Positions 52,064-63,389 are shown, counted from the stretch's first letter. The stretch is 64,000 nucleotides of DNA from Waterburya sp. (GCA_965217895.1 CBDCJV010000002.1:32001-96000), one strand, 5' to 3'. The notes: generated from the sequence alone by a model not told the origin. Translations and numbers: made by a program.

Positions 52064-52445
52064 ATAAATACTTTTCAGCTTTTAATTTAAGCTTATCCCC
52101 TTCCAAAATTAACTTATCAATCGCTTCTTTCAATTCCATATATGGCTGACGGAGAGCTTTTTTATCTCTTTCAATTGCTTGTCTAGTTTCAGCCCTCATT
52201 CTTCCAGCCCATTTATGTTTGCCAAAAACATCTAAACCAACAGATACCAGACTATCGGCACCAGATTGAGTTGCTTGTTGGTTAATATTACGGATCGCCA
52301 CATTAATTTCTTTTTTAATTACTCTTAGTTGCTTTTGAGCTAATCCGATTTGCTTGACTTGAAGTTTTACTGATTGAGGATTATCTAAAACCAATCTGAT
52401 TTGAGAGGATATTTGTTGAATTTCTTCTAGCTTAATCATTAACAC
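52053..52445 (-). CDS. Conserved hypothetical helical protein
   Basis: 130-aa ORF; QKQLRVIKKEIN...DVFGKHKWAG..PY pattern. Confidence 0.65.
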   Translation of the reverse strand: MLMIKLEEIQQISSQIRLVLDNPQSVKLQVKQIGLAQKQLRVIKKEINVAIRNINQQATQSGADSLVSVGLDVFGKHKWAGRMRAETRQAIERDKKALRQPYMELKEAIDKLILEGDKLKLKAEKYLFNS

Positions 52446-52596
52446 TACAAAAATTTACTACATCCCAAATCCTGACATAGCTAAATAAAATTATAAATGT
52501 TTGATATCACAGTTGAAAAATTGAAGACAAAAAGCGATCGCAACTTGTACTACCTTATTTCTAATTATTGCTTGACTCTTATTAGAGGAAAATTTA

Positions 52597-53181
52597 TCAA
52601 TCTGTTGTTTGCTGAGAAAAATCAACTTCTTGATAAACTTCTTCAATCTTTCCCGAAAAATCTACGCTAGTTAATTCAAAGTTTATCTTATCTAGCTCAT
52701 AAAACTGCAATAACCATAAACCGTCATCTGTACGACGAAAGCATTCAATCCTGGCTTTTTTGGTATTAATTAAAACGTATTCTTGTAGACTGGGTAAAGA
52801 TTGATAGTCAGCAAATTTGTCACCGCGATCAAAAGCTTCTGTAGAATCTGACAATACTTCAACAATTAGACAAGGAAACTCTTTATAAGTAGTATTTTCT
52901 TTATCTTTTGATTCACAAGTCACCATTACGTCAGGGTAGAAAAAACGGTTTTTTGTCTCGATCCTTACTTTTATATCCGATATATATACCCGACATCCCT
53001 GTCCTCTAAGGTGATTGCGTAATAATATAGCCATATTCAGGGCAATGGTCACATGAGTGTCAGTTGCACCAGCCATAGCAAATATTTCACCGTCGAAATA
53101 CTCGTGCTTGATATCGCTAGCTGTTTCTAGTCGCAGATATTCTTCGGTTGTTAAATAAGAATTTTGGGGAGAAGCTATCAT
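52597..53181 (-). CDS. Uma2 family endonuclease-like protein
   Basis: HEYFDGE, YPDVMV and EVLSDST..DRGDKF motifs. Confidence 0.92.
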   Translation of the reverse strand: MIASPQNSYLTTEEYLRLETASDIKHEYFDGEIFAMAGATDTHVTIALNMAILLRNHLRGQGCRVYISDIKVRIETKNRFFYPDVMVTCESKDKENTTYKEFPCLIVEVLSDSTEAFDRGDKFADYQSLPSLQEYVLINTKKARIECFRRTDDGLWLLQFYELDKINFELTSVDFSGKIEEVYQEVDFSQQTTD

Positions 53182-53406
53182 GAGATTTTCTGGTGTTTAT
53201 TTGCCATGTTTTAATTCTAGAATATTGACTGATATAAAAGCGATCGCAATTCCTATGATAAATGTATTTATTCAGACCTCTTCTCGTCTGTCAGATTGAT
53301 CGCTAATTTTTTGGTAATCAAACATTAAACTTCTTGCTTTAATCAGTATTTTCTAAAAATCGCCTTTACTAAATAGCTTATATTTAAGAAGTATCCAGCT
53401 AAGATC

Positions 53407-54003
53407 TTGCGATATGAATATATGAATAGTTACATCCTGAACCTAAAGCCGTTAGCTAATCCCATTACAGTTGAACATTTTGAACAACTATGTCAACTAA
53501 ATCCAGATCTGAGATTAGAAACTAACCCTCAAGGAGAATTAATTATTATGCCTCCCACTGGCTACGAAACAGGAAAAAATAATGCAGATTTAATTACTGA
53601 TTTTGTAATTTGGAATCGCCAATATAAACTAGGTGTAGTTTGTGATTCTTCTACAGGTTTTATTCTTCCAAATGGCGCAATACGTTCTCCTGATGTTAGC
53701 TGGATAGCCAAAGAGAGACTAGACCGCTTTACTAAAGCAGAAACAGCTAAATTTCTGCCTCTTGCACCAGATTTTGTGCTGGAGTTAATGTCTCCAAGTG
53801 ATAGCTTAGAAGCCATTCAAGCTAAAATGCAGGAGTATCGGGACAATGGGGTTAAATTGGGGTGGTTAATTAATCCGACACAGCAACAAGTAGAAATTTA
53901 TCGTTCAAGTAAGGCTACTGAAATATTAAATAAGCCTGCTAGTTTGTTAGATGAAGAAATACTACCTAAATTAATTGTTGAACTAAATTTTATTGGGAAT
54001 TAA
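53407..54003 (+). CDS. Uma2 family endonuclease-like protein
   Basis: SSTGF.LPNGAIRSPD, PDFVLELMSPSD and LGWLI motifs. Confidence 0.92.
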   Translation: MRYEYMNSYILNLKPLANPITVEHFEQLCQLNPDLRLETNPQGELIIMPPTGYETGKNNADLITDFVIWNRQYKLGVVCDSSTGFILPNGAIRSPDVSWIAKERLDRFTKAETAKFLPLAPDFVLELMSPSDSLEAIQAKMQEYRDNGVKLGWLINPTQQQVEIYRSSKATEILNKPASLLDEEILPKLIVELNFIGN

Positions 54004-54166
54004 AAACTATTTTATATTCTTAAGCTTATTGAAAATATTAGCAACAAATTAATCTTTAATTTAAACGTTTATTTAAGTATGTAGGCGTAAATAACTGCAA
54101 AACCCAAAAAACCAAAATTCAACTATATTACTTATTAATTATTGCTTGCTTAAAACAGCTTGAACT

Positions 54167-56548
54167 ATGGATCTAGAAGCAGTAATAGCCCTAGTAGATA
54201 AAGAAGTTTATCGTCGTACCCAAAAGCATCTAAATGATCTACAGCAGGCTATTGTTACTCAAGTTTGGCAACGCCAGAAATATCTGGAAATTGCGGACGA
54301 ATATGGCTGTACAGAGGGACACGTAAAGGATACGGGGTCGTTACTCTGGAAATTGTTATCAGTAGCCTGGGATAAAAAGGTAACTAAAAATAATTTTCGC
54401 AGCTTAACTAAAAGCCAACTTCAGTCTTTAAATGATGCAGACGAGAAGATTATAGAAAACTTGGCTGTGGCTATTGACCAGACTAATGGCGATCCTAGCT
54501 TTATTGGTAGACAAAAAGCGATCGCAACTCTGCAAAATTTAGTCAAGCAAAATCACAAAATTATTGTACTACAAGGGGAAGGAGGAATAGGCAAAACTAC
54601 CTTGGCGCAACAGTTTTTAGCCAATCAAGGTTTTGAATTAAGCTTAGAAGTCTTGATGGCAAAGGAGACAGCCAATATTATTTCGGTAGATAGCGTGGTG
54701 GAAGAATGGTTACAGCGAGATTTGCATCAAGAATCAGGCAAAGAATTTGGCGTTACCCTAGCTAGATTTAAAAGATATTTAGAACAGCATTCGGTAGGAA
54801 TTTTAATTGATAATCTAGAACCTGCTTTAGATAGGCACGGCAAACTTATTGACGCTCATCGCGACTATATTGAGCTACTGAGAATTTTAGCCGACAGCAA
54901 AGTACGTTCAGTGACTATTATAACCAGTCGCGATCGCCTGTGCGAAGCAGAAATTAACCTAGAACACTATCGTTTATCAGGATTAGATTTAGCCACTTGG
55001 CAAGAGTATTTTACGGCACATCACCTTGAAACGGACAATCTAGCAATTGCTCAGATTCATCAAACCTATGGTGGTAATGCCAAGGTAATGGGCATCCTGT
55101 GTGGCATTGTGCGAGAAGATTATGATGGATATCTAGAACAATACTGGCAGGAAAATAGCCACGATCCTTTGGTTGAGACAGATTTAAAAAATTTAGTTGT
55201 CAGCCAATTCAATCGTCTGCAAAATTTAGATGCTCAGGCTTATTTGTTGCTTTGCCGTTTGGGTTGTTATCGCTATCAAGATTTAGCTAAAATCACTTTA
55301 CCAAGATTACTTTGTGTCTTGTGGGATGTAGATACTAAGCAGCAAAGAGTCATAAAATCTCTGCGCAATCGTTCTCTATTAGAATTTGCTCAGGGTGAAT
55401 ACTGGCTACATCCAATGGTGCAGGCTGAAGCAAAATCGAGGTTGCAGTTATCTCAGCCAGAATGGCAACAAACCCATCGTCAAATTGCGATTTTTCTGAC
55501 GGAGAGTATTAAGCGAATCAATAATATTCAAGATGGCTTAACTGCTTTAGAAGCCTACTATCACTACACGGCCATTGAAGATTATGCCAGTGCCGCTAAA
55601 GTTATTCTTTATAGTCGAGAAAACCAATGGGGACAATTTCTAACTTTAGGCACAACTCTTAATCGCCTGGGCATTATTCAACCTCTCTTAAATGCTATCA
55701 ACCAGATTATAGATAGGGTGAAAAACGATCGCCATCGTAGCGAACTTAATAATATTTTAGGAGATTTATACTGGACTACGGGAAAAGTGCATCAGGCAAT
55801 TTCTTATCAGCAAGAGACTATCGCCACTAGTCAAAACTGTCTGCAATCAATTCCTGTGACTTTAGCCAATAAACACGACCTATATTACTGGCGGATGCTG
55901 GAGGTCGATTCTCTCCTAAGCCTAGGACTATATCATATCGACCTTTGGGAACTAACTACCGCAGCAGGTTTATTTCAACAGGCGATCGCTCTAGCTAACA
56001 ATACCCAGCATCATTCTTGGTCAGAAAAGGCAGCTTTAGGATTAGCTTTGGTCAATTCTTATTTAAAAACTACCGATGAACCCAATCATCTTGTGCGTAA
56101 GCTTTATCGATTAATTGTAGATTTAGAAGATCGAACTTACAATACAGGACGCTTTGCTTATTTTATGCAAATTCTTGGGCAAATACTTTTTAATCATCAA
56201 GAACTAAACCCAGCTAAGATAATCTGGCAAAAAGCGATCGCCTTTTCTCAATCAAGCCACTATACTCAAATTAAAGCCAAATCCCTAAGCGGTTTAGGCT
56301 GTATCGAACGCCAAGCGGGTAACTTCAGCCTCGCTTATAACTACCATCAACAGTCCGTGGAATTACTCGATAAAATTACCGCCAAATGCGACCTCGCAGC
56401 AGCCTATGTTCAATGGGGTATTACCTTAAAAAAGGATAACCAATTCAATCAAAGTCAGAAATGTTTTGAAAAGGCGATCGCCCTTTATCAGCAAATTCAA
56501 GCTTCCAAACAGCTTAAAAGAGTAAATTTAGTTATAAAACACGCCTAA
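54167..56548 (+). CDS. STAND/NB-ARC-type NTPase with an N-terminal HTH-like domain and C-terminal TPRs
   Basis: FIGRQ, Walker A GEGGIGKT, Walker B LIDNLE, ITSR, LHPMV and a TPR tail. Confidence 0.85.
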   Translation: MDLEAVIALVDKEVYRRTQKHLNDLQQAIVTQVWQRQKYLEIADEYGCTEGHVKDTGSLLWKLLSVAWDKKVTKNNFRSLTKSQLQSLNDADEKIIENLAVAIDQTNGDPSFIGRQKAIATLQNLVKQNHKIIVLQGEGGIGKTTLAQQFLANQGFELSLEVLMAKETANIISVDSVVEEWLQRDLHQESGKEFGVTLARFKRYLEQHSVGILIDNLEPALDRHGKLIDAHRDYIELLRILADSKVRSVTIITSRDRLCEAEINLEHYRLSGLDLATWQEYFTAHHLETDNLAIAQIHQTYGGNAKVMGILCGIVREDYDGYLEQYWQENSHDPLVETDLKNLVVSQFNRLQNLDAQAYLLLCRLGCYRYQDLAKITLPRLLCVLWDVDTKQQRVIKSLRNRSLLEFAQGEYWLHPMVQAEAKSRLQLSQPEWQQTHRQIAIFLTESIKRINNIQDGLTALEAYYHYTAIEDYASAAKVILYSRENQWGQFLTLGTTLNRLGIIQPLLNAINQIIDRVKNDRHRSELNNILGDLYWTTGKVHQAISYQQETIATSQNCLQSIPVTLANKHDLYYWRMLEVDSLLSLGLYHIDLWELTTAAGLFQQAIALANNTQHHSWSEKAALGLALVNSYLKTTDEPNHLVRKLYRLIVDLEDRTYNTGRFAYFMQILGQILFNHQELNPAKIIWQKAIAFSQSSHYTQIKAKSLSGLGCIERQAGNFSLAYNYHQQSVELLDKITAKCDLAAAYVQWGITLKKDNQFNQSQKCFEKAIALYQQIQASKQLKRVNLVIKHA

Positions 56549-56993
56549 TGTGAATTGACTTTTTGACTATCAGCTTATAAAAAGTCCAATATTTCAAGAG
56601 AAATAAAGATCTTTTTGAGAACCCAACTTAAGTGAATTCAATTCTTCACCTAAATAATTAGAAATTAACTGTGATGAGTGAAATCATGATTAATGTTTAC
56701 GGAAGGGGTTTGGGGAGGGTCGTCACGTCCCCAACAGGCGAGCGACCCCCTAAAGGGTTCAGCAGTTTGCTTATGCCAGGAAACCTGTCCACCGCAACTG
56801 CTTCACCGCGTCGCCGTCAGGCGCAAGGGAACGCGCGAGATTGGGGTCTGGGGCAAAGTTCCCCCAGTATTATATTTTGGTTTTTACAGACGAATTTTGA
56901 ATAAAAATAGAAAAATCAGCTTTTTTTTCTTGGTCAGCATTCCCTTGCGCCTTGCGTCGACGCGGGGTCTGACCGCTAATTCACATTAGACGT
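56541..56993. mobile_element. 453-bp non-autonomous element (possibly IS982-derived) with 16-bp TIRs and a 5-bp TSD
   Basis: ACGCCTAATGTGAATT ... AATTCACATTAGACGT (1 mismatch). AAAAC is duplicated at 56536-56540 and 56994-56998. Confidence 0.8.
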
Positions 56994-57464
56994 AAAACTA
57001 TAAAAAACTGTTAATAGCACGATTATTTTTCTTCAAAAACTTACCCATAGACTTACGATTATTTTTGAAAGATTTATGAGCTTTCTTACTGATGGTATTA
57101 CGCTCAGTATCTGTAGCTCTCAAGATCTGACTATAACAGCCAAATGCAGTCCCACACAACGACAATGAAATAAATAGAATCACGGTCTTACGTAGCATAA
57201 TAAAAATTCTGATTTGAGTTCTTATTTTGTCTACTGTGATTGTAAAACTTTCTTGACTAAAATGATCTTTCAATTATTTCGCTAATATTCCCAATAATAG
57301 GTGACTTTAAGTTATCTTAGATGCACGATTAACAGACAAGCTGCACTTAGGAAATCGCCTTTATGCTAGATGCGCCGAGCGCGTTTTTTCTTCAGGAAGA
57401 TAAGCGAGGGTGCAAAATCATAATCTGTAATCAGCAACGCCAGTTTTATCTACAGCCGATAGCC

Positions 57465-60400
57465 ATGTCTGAACACCAAGAAACTGAATCTAAGTTTAAG
57501 CCCTCAGACTCTACAAAAGCAGACGAACCTAAGTTGAAAATTGACAATGAAGCTCAACGCCGAATTTCGGAGTTGGAACACGAACTACAGCAGACTCGCG
57601 AAAACCTCCAGGCATTAGTGGAAGAGTTAAAATTCATTAACGAAGAACAAGAAGTTTTTAATGAGATATTGACTATCTCTAATGAAGAACTGCACACCAT
57701 CAATCTAGAATATCAGTCCAAGATTTTAGAACTAACTGAACTAAATAACGATATTGATAACCTGCTCAAAAGTACGAATATTGGGGTAATTTTTTTAGAT
57801 AGAGAGCTGAAGATTCGCAAGTATACTCCTGCGGCTACCGAAGCGATAGCTCTACGTAATACAGATATAGAACGTCCTTTAAAAGATCTAGTTTACAAGA
57901 TTGAATGTCCCGATCTGACTGAGTTACTAGAAGAGGTAATTAAAACTAAACAATCTATAGAATTAGAGGTTAGGCTGAAACACAGCGATAGTTATCTCTT
58001 AATGCGAATTAACCTCTATCAAACAGAGGAACGCCAAGATGATGGCATTGTGATTAGCTTTGTACAAATTGACGATCTTAAGCAAGTTCAGCTACAGTTA
58101 AGCCAGACTTTAAAAGAGAAAAATCGTCAGTTAACAGCATTAGAAACCGCCAGCGATGGCATTGCAGTACTCAATGACGATAAATTTATTTATCTCAATC
58201 AGGCTCACGCAGAGATTTTTGGCTATGGCAAACCCGAAGAATTAATTGGCAAATCTTGGCGCATTCTCTACGAAGCTGAAGAAATAGCTCGATTTGAACA
58301 AGAAATATTTCCTTTGCTGAGGAAACAAGGCAAATGGCGCGGGGAAACCTTAGCTAAACATCACTACGGTCATATTTTCTGTGCAGAAGTAACTCTTACC
58401 TTTACTCTCCAAGGAGATTTGATTTGTATCTGTCGGGATATTAGCGAAATCAAACAAGCCCGACAACAGTTAATCCAAGCAAATGCTAATTTAGAACAGC
58501 GAGTAAATGAACGTACTCAAACTCTGGCAGATTTTAGCGACAAACTCCGCCAGATTCATCTAATAGCGACAAATCATTATGAACACTTAGAAGATATATT
58601 TGCCGAATATATATCTATAGGCTGCGATATATTTGAGCTTTCCACTGGCATTGTTAGTCAAGTTGAAGGTCAAATCTACAAACTTTTAGCAGTACAGTCC
58701 CCAATAGAAGAAGTGTACGTTGGATTTGAAACTCCTTGCCAATATACTTACTGCGCTGAAGTAATAGAAAAGCAGCAAACAGTTACTTATTTTAATGTGG
58801 ACGAGATACCCCAGATGCAAAATCATCCTTTGTATCTCAATTTTCAGTTAAAATCTTTTATCGGCACACCAGTCTTCGTGAACGGAACGTTATACGGAAC
58901 GTTAAATTTCGTTTCTGTCAATCCTCCTAGTAAAGATTTCGAGCCTTATAAACGAGAAATAATTGAGTTGATGGCTAGGGATATTGGACAGTCTATTGCC
59001 ACCATGCAAACCAAGAAAGCCCTTGAAAAAAGCGAAAATCGCTTTCGCAAGACATTTGAGCAAGCAACCGTTGGTATTAGTCACATTTCTTTAGAGGGAA
59101 GATTTCTCAGGGTTAATCAAAAACTATGCGATATTTTAGGCTATACCAGTCAAGAACTAATGAAACTCAGGTTTCAAGATATTACTTATCCAGAAGATTT
59201 AGCCTTAGATGAAAAATATGTTCGGCAAATTATAGCTGGGGTACTCGATAGCTGCACTTATGAAAAACGCTATATTCACGCTGATGGTTCAATTATTTGG
59301 GCTAATCTAACTTTTGGTCTTGCTATCTTAGCCCAAGGAGAGTCAGCCCATTTTATCTCTATAATTGAAGATATCGGCGATCGCAAGCAAACGGAACTGG
59401 CACTGGCACAAAGTCGCGAACAGCTAGAGCAAGCAAGCCAAGCTAAAGATGATTTTATCGCCCGCATCAGCCATGAATTACGCACTCCTTTAAATAGCAT
59501 TCTTGGCTTTAGCGGTGTTTTACAAGATGAACTTAGGCTCGATCCCCAAAAGCTCCATTCGGTAAATATTATTCATCAGTCAGGTCAACATTTACTGACC
59601 TTAATTAACAATATTCTGGATTTCTCTAAATTAAATGCCAAAAAACTAGCATTAGAACCGCAAGTATTTAATTTAATTCAATTTTTAGAGGAAATTGCCA
59701 GTATTTTTCAGCTTCGCGCCCAGCAAAAGGGTTTGAACTTTAAGACGCAAATTTCTCCTTCCTTACCTCAAGCCGTCTCTAGTGATGAAACCAAATTACG
59801 ACAGGTTTTATTTAACTTACTGAGTAATGCGGTAAAATTCACCGAAACAGGCAGCGTAATCCTAAAAGTCGGCTATGTAGAAGAATTTGAACCTGAACAT
59901 TCACTAGCCCCTAATAACTCTCGTCCACGCTTAAAAAAAATTCGCTTTCAGGTTGAAGATACAGGCAATGGCATTCCCACCGATGAATTAACCAAGATTT
60001 TTGCACCCTTCAGACAAATCACAAGTAGTGTGGAACATAAAGAAGGAACTGGTTTGGGATTAACTATTAGCCAAGATATTATTCAACTGATGGGCGGAAA
60101 AATTGAACTAACAAGTACCATCTCTAAAGGAACTACTTTTTGGTTTGATTTAGAACTTCCCCTAGCAGAAACAAGTTTGTTACCCGTTTTGTCTGGATCT
60201 ACTTTTCCAAGGGGAGGGCGATTGAGCTTTCCAGTCAAAATATTGGTAGTAGATGACAGTGACGATAATCGCTTCTTACTAGTAAGTTACCTAGAGCCTT
60301 TCGGCTTTACTTTAGCTGAAGCAAGTAACGGCAAAGAAGGTTTAGAGATTGCCAAAACTTTTCGACCAGATGCCATTTTAGCAGATTTGGCTATGCCTGT

Positions 60401-60836
60401 AATGGATGGCAAAGATATGATTGCTAAAGTAAAACAAGAGCCTGAACTAGAAAAGACGGTGATTATTACTATTTCGGCTAACGGTCAATCTATACTTGAA
60501 TCTTCTAACATTAACTGTCATGCTTTTTTAGCCAAACCTATCGATCTTGCACAATTATTAGAATTATTAGACCACCATTTAGAGCTAGATTGGCAAACAG
60601 AAGATTTAGCTCTAGAAGCAGATTTGCCTACATTAGTTACTCCTTCTCAACAGGAGTTGAACGAATTACTAAAATTAGCCGATATCGGCGATCTTGAGGC
60701 TTTAGAATCACAAATAAATTCTTTAGAATTATTAAACTCTCAGTACCAAGCTTTTGCTCAAGAGGTGCGACAATTTACTAATAAATTTCAACAGCAGAAG
60801 CTAGAAAGTTTCATCCGCAATTTTATCGATCGCTAA
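57465..60836 (+). CDS. Hybrid sensor histidine kinase (coiled coil-PAS-PAS-GAF-PAS-HisKA-HATPase-REC)
   Basis: SHELRTPLN, NLLSNAVKFT, DTGNGI, GTGLGL and REC ILVVDD...D.AMP..DG..KP motifs. ATG 57465 preferred. Confidence 0.93.
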   Translation: MSEHQETESKFKPSDSTKADEPKLKIDNEAQRRISELEHELQQTRENLQALVEELKFINEEQEVFNEILTISNEELHTINLEYQSKILELTELNNDIDNLLKSTNIGVIFLDRELKIRKYTPAATEAIALRNTDIERPLKDLVYKIECPDLTELLEEVIKTKQSIELEVRLKHSDSYLLMRINLYQTEERQDDGIVISFVQIDDLKQVQLQLSQTLKEKNRQLTALETASDGIAVLNDDKFIYLNQAHAEIFGYGKPEELIGKSWRILYEAEEIARFEQEIFPLLRKQGKWRGETLAKHHYGHIFCAEVTLTFTLQGDLICICRDISEIKQARQQLIQANANLEQRVNERTQTLADFSDKLRQIHLIATNHYEHLEDIFAEYISIGCDIFELSTGIVSQVEGQIYKLLAVQSPIEEVYVGFETPCQYTYCAEVIEKQQTVTYFNVDEIPQMQNHPLYLNFQLKSFIGTPVFVNGTLYGTLNFVSVNPPSKDFEPYKREIIELMARDIGQSIATMQTKKALEKSENRFRKTFEQATVGISHISLEGRFLRVNQKLCDILGYTSQELMKLRFQDITYPEDLALDEKYVRQIIAGVLDSCTYEKRYIHADGSIIWANLTFGLAILAQGESAHFISIIEDIGDRKQTELALAQSREQLEQASQAKDDFIARISHELRTPLNSILGFSGVLQDELRLDPQKLHSVNIIHQSGQHLLTLINNILDFSKLNAKKLALEPQVFNLIQFLEEIASIFQLRAQQKGLNFKTQISPSLPQAVSSDETKLRQVLFNLLSNAVKFTETGSVILKVGYVEEFEPEHSLAPNNSRPRLKKIRFQVEDTGNGIPTDELTKIFAPFRQITSSVEHKEGTGLGLTISQDIIQLMGGKIELTSTISKGTTFWFDLELPLAETSLLPVLSGSTFPRGGRLSFPVKILVVDDSDDNRFLLVSYLEPFGFTLAEASNGKEGLEIAKTFRPDAILADLAMPVMDGKDMIAKVKQEPELEKTVIITISANGQSILESSNINCHAFLAKPIDLAQLLELLDHHLELDWQTEDLALEADLPTLVTPSQQELNELLKLADIGDLEALESQINSLELLNSQYQAFAQEVRQFTNKFQQQKLESFIRNFIDR

Positions 60837-61133
60837 AGTTAGTTCAGATTTTAAAAGTTATTATCTATAACACAGTAATTAGTAATTGTTTAGTATTTAT
60901 GTTTTAAGTTCAGTATCATTACTGAGTCAAATAAGCATTATAAATATAATTATTGGTTTTATAACTTATGAATATAATACTATTATTAGATCGCGTTGAG
61001 TATTTAGACTTAGATTTAACTCTTTAATAAAACTTATAGAAACAACAACCTTAGTGTTTTGACCCATTACTATTAAGTACAAAATCAGCTACAAATAATA
61101 TATGTGATCCAAATTACATATTGATATTATTAG

Positions 61134-63389
61134 ATGACTAAATCAATAAACAGTAAATCATCCAAGACTATCTTGATTGTTGATGACACTCCCAATAATT
61201 TGCAACTTTTATTTAAATACTTAAAAGATATTGGTTATAGATTATTAGTAGCCCAAAATGGAGAAAAAGCTATTAAAACTGCTTTAAATGCTCATCCTGA
61301 CTTGATTTTATTGGACGTTATGATGCCTGAGATTGATGGTTTTACTACCTGTTGTCATTTAAAAACTCATCCCGAAACTAAAGAGATTCCGATTATCTTT
61401 ATGACTGCCTTAGCAGAAACCAAGTATAAAGTACAGGGGTTTAAATCAGGCGCAGTAGATTACATAACTAAACCAATTGAGAAAGAAGAATTATTAGCAA
61501 GAATAGAAACTCACCTTTCTCTTCGGAGTTTGAATCAACGTTTAGCTAGAGACGTTGCTCAACAAAAACTGTTATTTGAAATTAGCGATCGCATTCGTCA
61601 ATCTTTAGATTTAAAATCTATCTTAGAAACCGCAACTAAAGAGATAAGATCTTTCTTAGATTGTGACTTTGTTTGGCTGGCTCGTTTAGACAACAAAAAT
61701 ATTTCTTTAGAAGCTTATTCTTCGGCTACGGATCTTGATATCGATCCTAATGCAACTATTCCCTGGGATTATCTGTGTCCCAATCAAGAAAAATATCAGC
61801 ATTATCTTCAGGGAAAGATTCAAGCTATCGAAAATTGTAATTATCTTGATGCCAACAAAACATCATTTCTCTTTGAATCTCAAGCCAAATTAATCTCACC
61901 TATTCTAATCAGTTCTCCTAAGATTGTAGATTATTGTACTGTTAATGAGCCTAATATTTTATGGGGCTGGTTAATTGCCGACCAGCTTAAATGTCGCCAA
62001 TGGCAAGTAGAAGAAATTGAACTGCTTAAAAGATTGACAACTCAGTTAGCTATTGGCATTAGACAAGGACTATTGCACCAGCAACTATCATTACAAGCCG
62101 TTATCGATCCTTTGACCCGTATCTACAATCGTCGCTATTTCAATCAACAAATGAATATCGAGTGGCGTAGACTACGGCGTAGTTCCGCGTCTATGTCTTT
62201 GATTATGTGCGATGTAGACTGTTTCAAAATCTATAACGACACTTATGGTCATCAGCAGGGAGATAAATGTCTGCAAAAAGTCGCCCAAGCACTAACTACC
62301 GTCTTAAAGAGATCCGCTGATATTTTAGCTCGTTATGGAGGAGAAGAATTTACGGTGATTCTGCCCCAAACACCTAAACATGGTGCAATTCAAGTTGCCG
62401 AAGCTATGAGGGTTGCCGTCAAACAATTAAAAATTCCTCATCTTAATTCCACCGTCACCTCTATTGTTACTATTAGCGTTGGCGTAGCTAGTACAGTACC
62501 CAACTCCAAAGATGATCCTCATTTGCTATTAGAAGCTGCCGATTTAGCCCTATATAAAGCGAAAGGGCGAGGTCGAGACTGCGTTGCTGTTTATCCAGAG
62601 GCTATATCTCATTCTAAAGATCGCCAAGAGCTTGAGCTTCGCTGGGTTCAGCGTTTGCGGTCAGCCCTCAAGCACAATTTATTTAGTCTCTATGCCCAAC
62701 CTATTACTGCCTTGGAAACAAACGACCAAAAACGATATTTTGAAATTCTTTTGCGTCTTACAGATGAAGATGGACAAGTCATTAGCCCCAATGTCTTTTT
62801 AGATATTGCCAACCGCAATTTTTTAATGCCCGATATTGATACCTGGGTAATTAATACTTTATTAGAGACTCTGGCAGCTAATAAAGATCCGACTCATTGG
62901 CAAAATCATCGCTTTGCCGTCAATCTTTCTGGTGCATCTCTTAATCAAGAATCATTTTTAGAATTTCTTTCGCAAAAACTCGTTGATTATCATCTTCCCC
63001 CTGATATATTTTGCTTTGAAATTACCGAAACTGTAGCTATTGCTGAACTTGCTAAAGTTGCCAAGTTTATTGCTTCTCTCAAAAAACTTGGCTGTAGTTT
63101 TGCCTTAGATGACTTTGGTACAGGAATGTCTTCTTTGACTTATTTGAAAAATTTGCCTGTAGATTATTTAAAAATAGATGGTTCTTTTATTAGAGAATTA
63201 AATAATGACAATTCATCAAAAGTAATGGTAGAAGCGATTAATCATATAGCCGAAGGAATTGGCTTAAAAACTGTGGCTGAATTTGTGGAAAATCAGCATA
63301 TTTTAGATACTGTCAAGGACTTGAAAATTGACTATGCACAAGGATTTCATTTAGGTCGTCCAGGAATGTTGATGAGCGTTATTGATTGA
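61134..63389 (+). CDS. Response regulator REC-GAF-GGDEF-EAL (c-di-GMP turnover)
   Basis: REC LDVMMP; ARYGGEEF; EILLR, EITE, DDFGTG and LKIDG motifs. Confidence 0.94.
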   Translation: MTKSINSKSSKTILIVDDTPNNLQLLFKYLKDIGYRLLVAQNGEKAIKTALNAHPDLILLDVMMPEIDGFTTCCHLKTHPETKEIPIIFMTALAETKYKVQGFKSGAVDYITKPIEKEELLARIETHLSLRSLNQRLARDVAQQKLLFEISDRIRQSLDLKSILETATKEIRSFLDCDFVWLARLDNKNISLEAYSSATDLDIDPNATIPWDYLCPNQEKYQHYLQGKIQAIENCNYLDANKTSFLFESQAKLISPILISSPKIVDYCTVNEPNILWGWLIADQLKCRQWQVEEIELLKRLTTQLAIGIRQGLLHQQLSLQAVIDPLTRIYNRRYFNQQMNIEWRRLRRSSASMSLIMCDVDCFKIYNDTYGHQQGDKCLQKVAQALTTVLKRSADILARYGGEEFTVILPQTPKHGAIQVAEAMRVAVKQLKIPHLNSTVTSIVTISVGVASTVPNSKDDPHLLLEAADLALYKAKGRGRDCVAVYPEAISHSKDRQELELRWVQRLRSALKHNLFSLYAQPITALETNDQKRYFEILLRLTDEDGQVISPNVFLDIANRNFLMPDIDTWVINTLLETLAANKDPTHWQNHRFAVNLSGASLNQESFLEFLSQKLVDYHLPPDIFCFEITETVAIAELAKVAKFIASLKKLGCSFALDDFGTGMSSLTYLKNLPVDYLKIDGSFIRELNNDNSSKVMVEAINHIAEGIGLKTVAEFVENQHILDTVKDLKIDYAQGFHLGRPGMLMSVID

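Noticed and set aside
56671..57273. Small ORFs 56671-56904, 56693-56989 and 56998-57273
   Set aside because: The first two lie inside the MITE/repeat nest; the third has no supporting motif or clear start.
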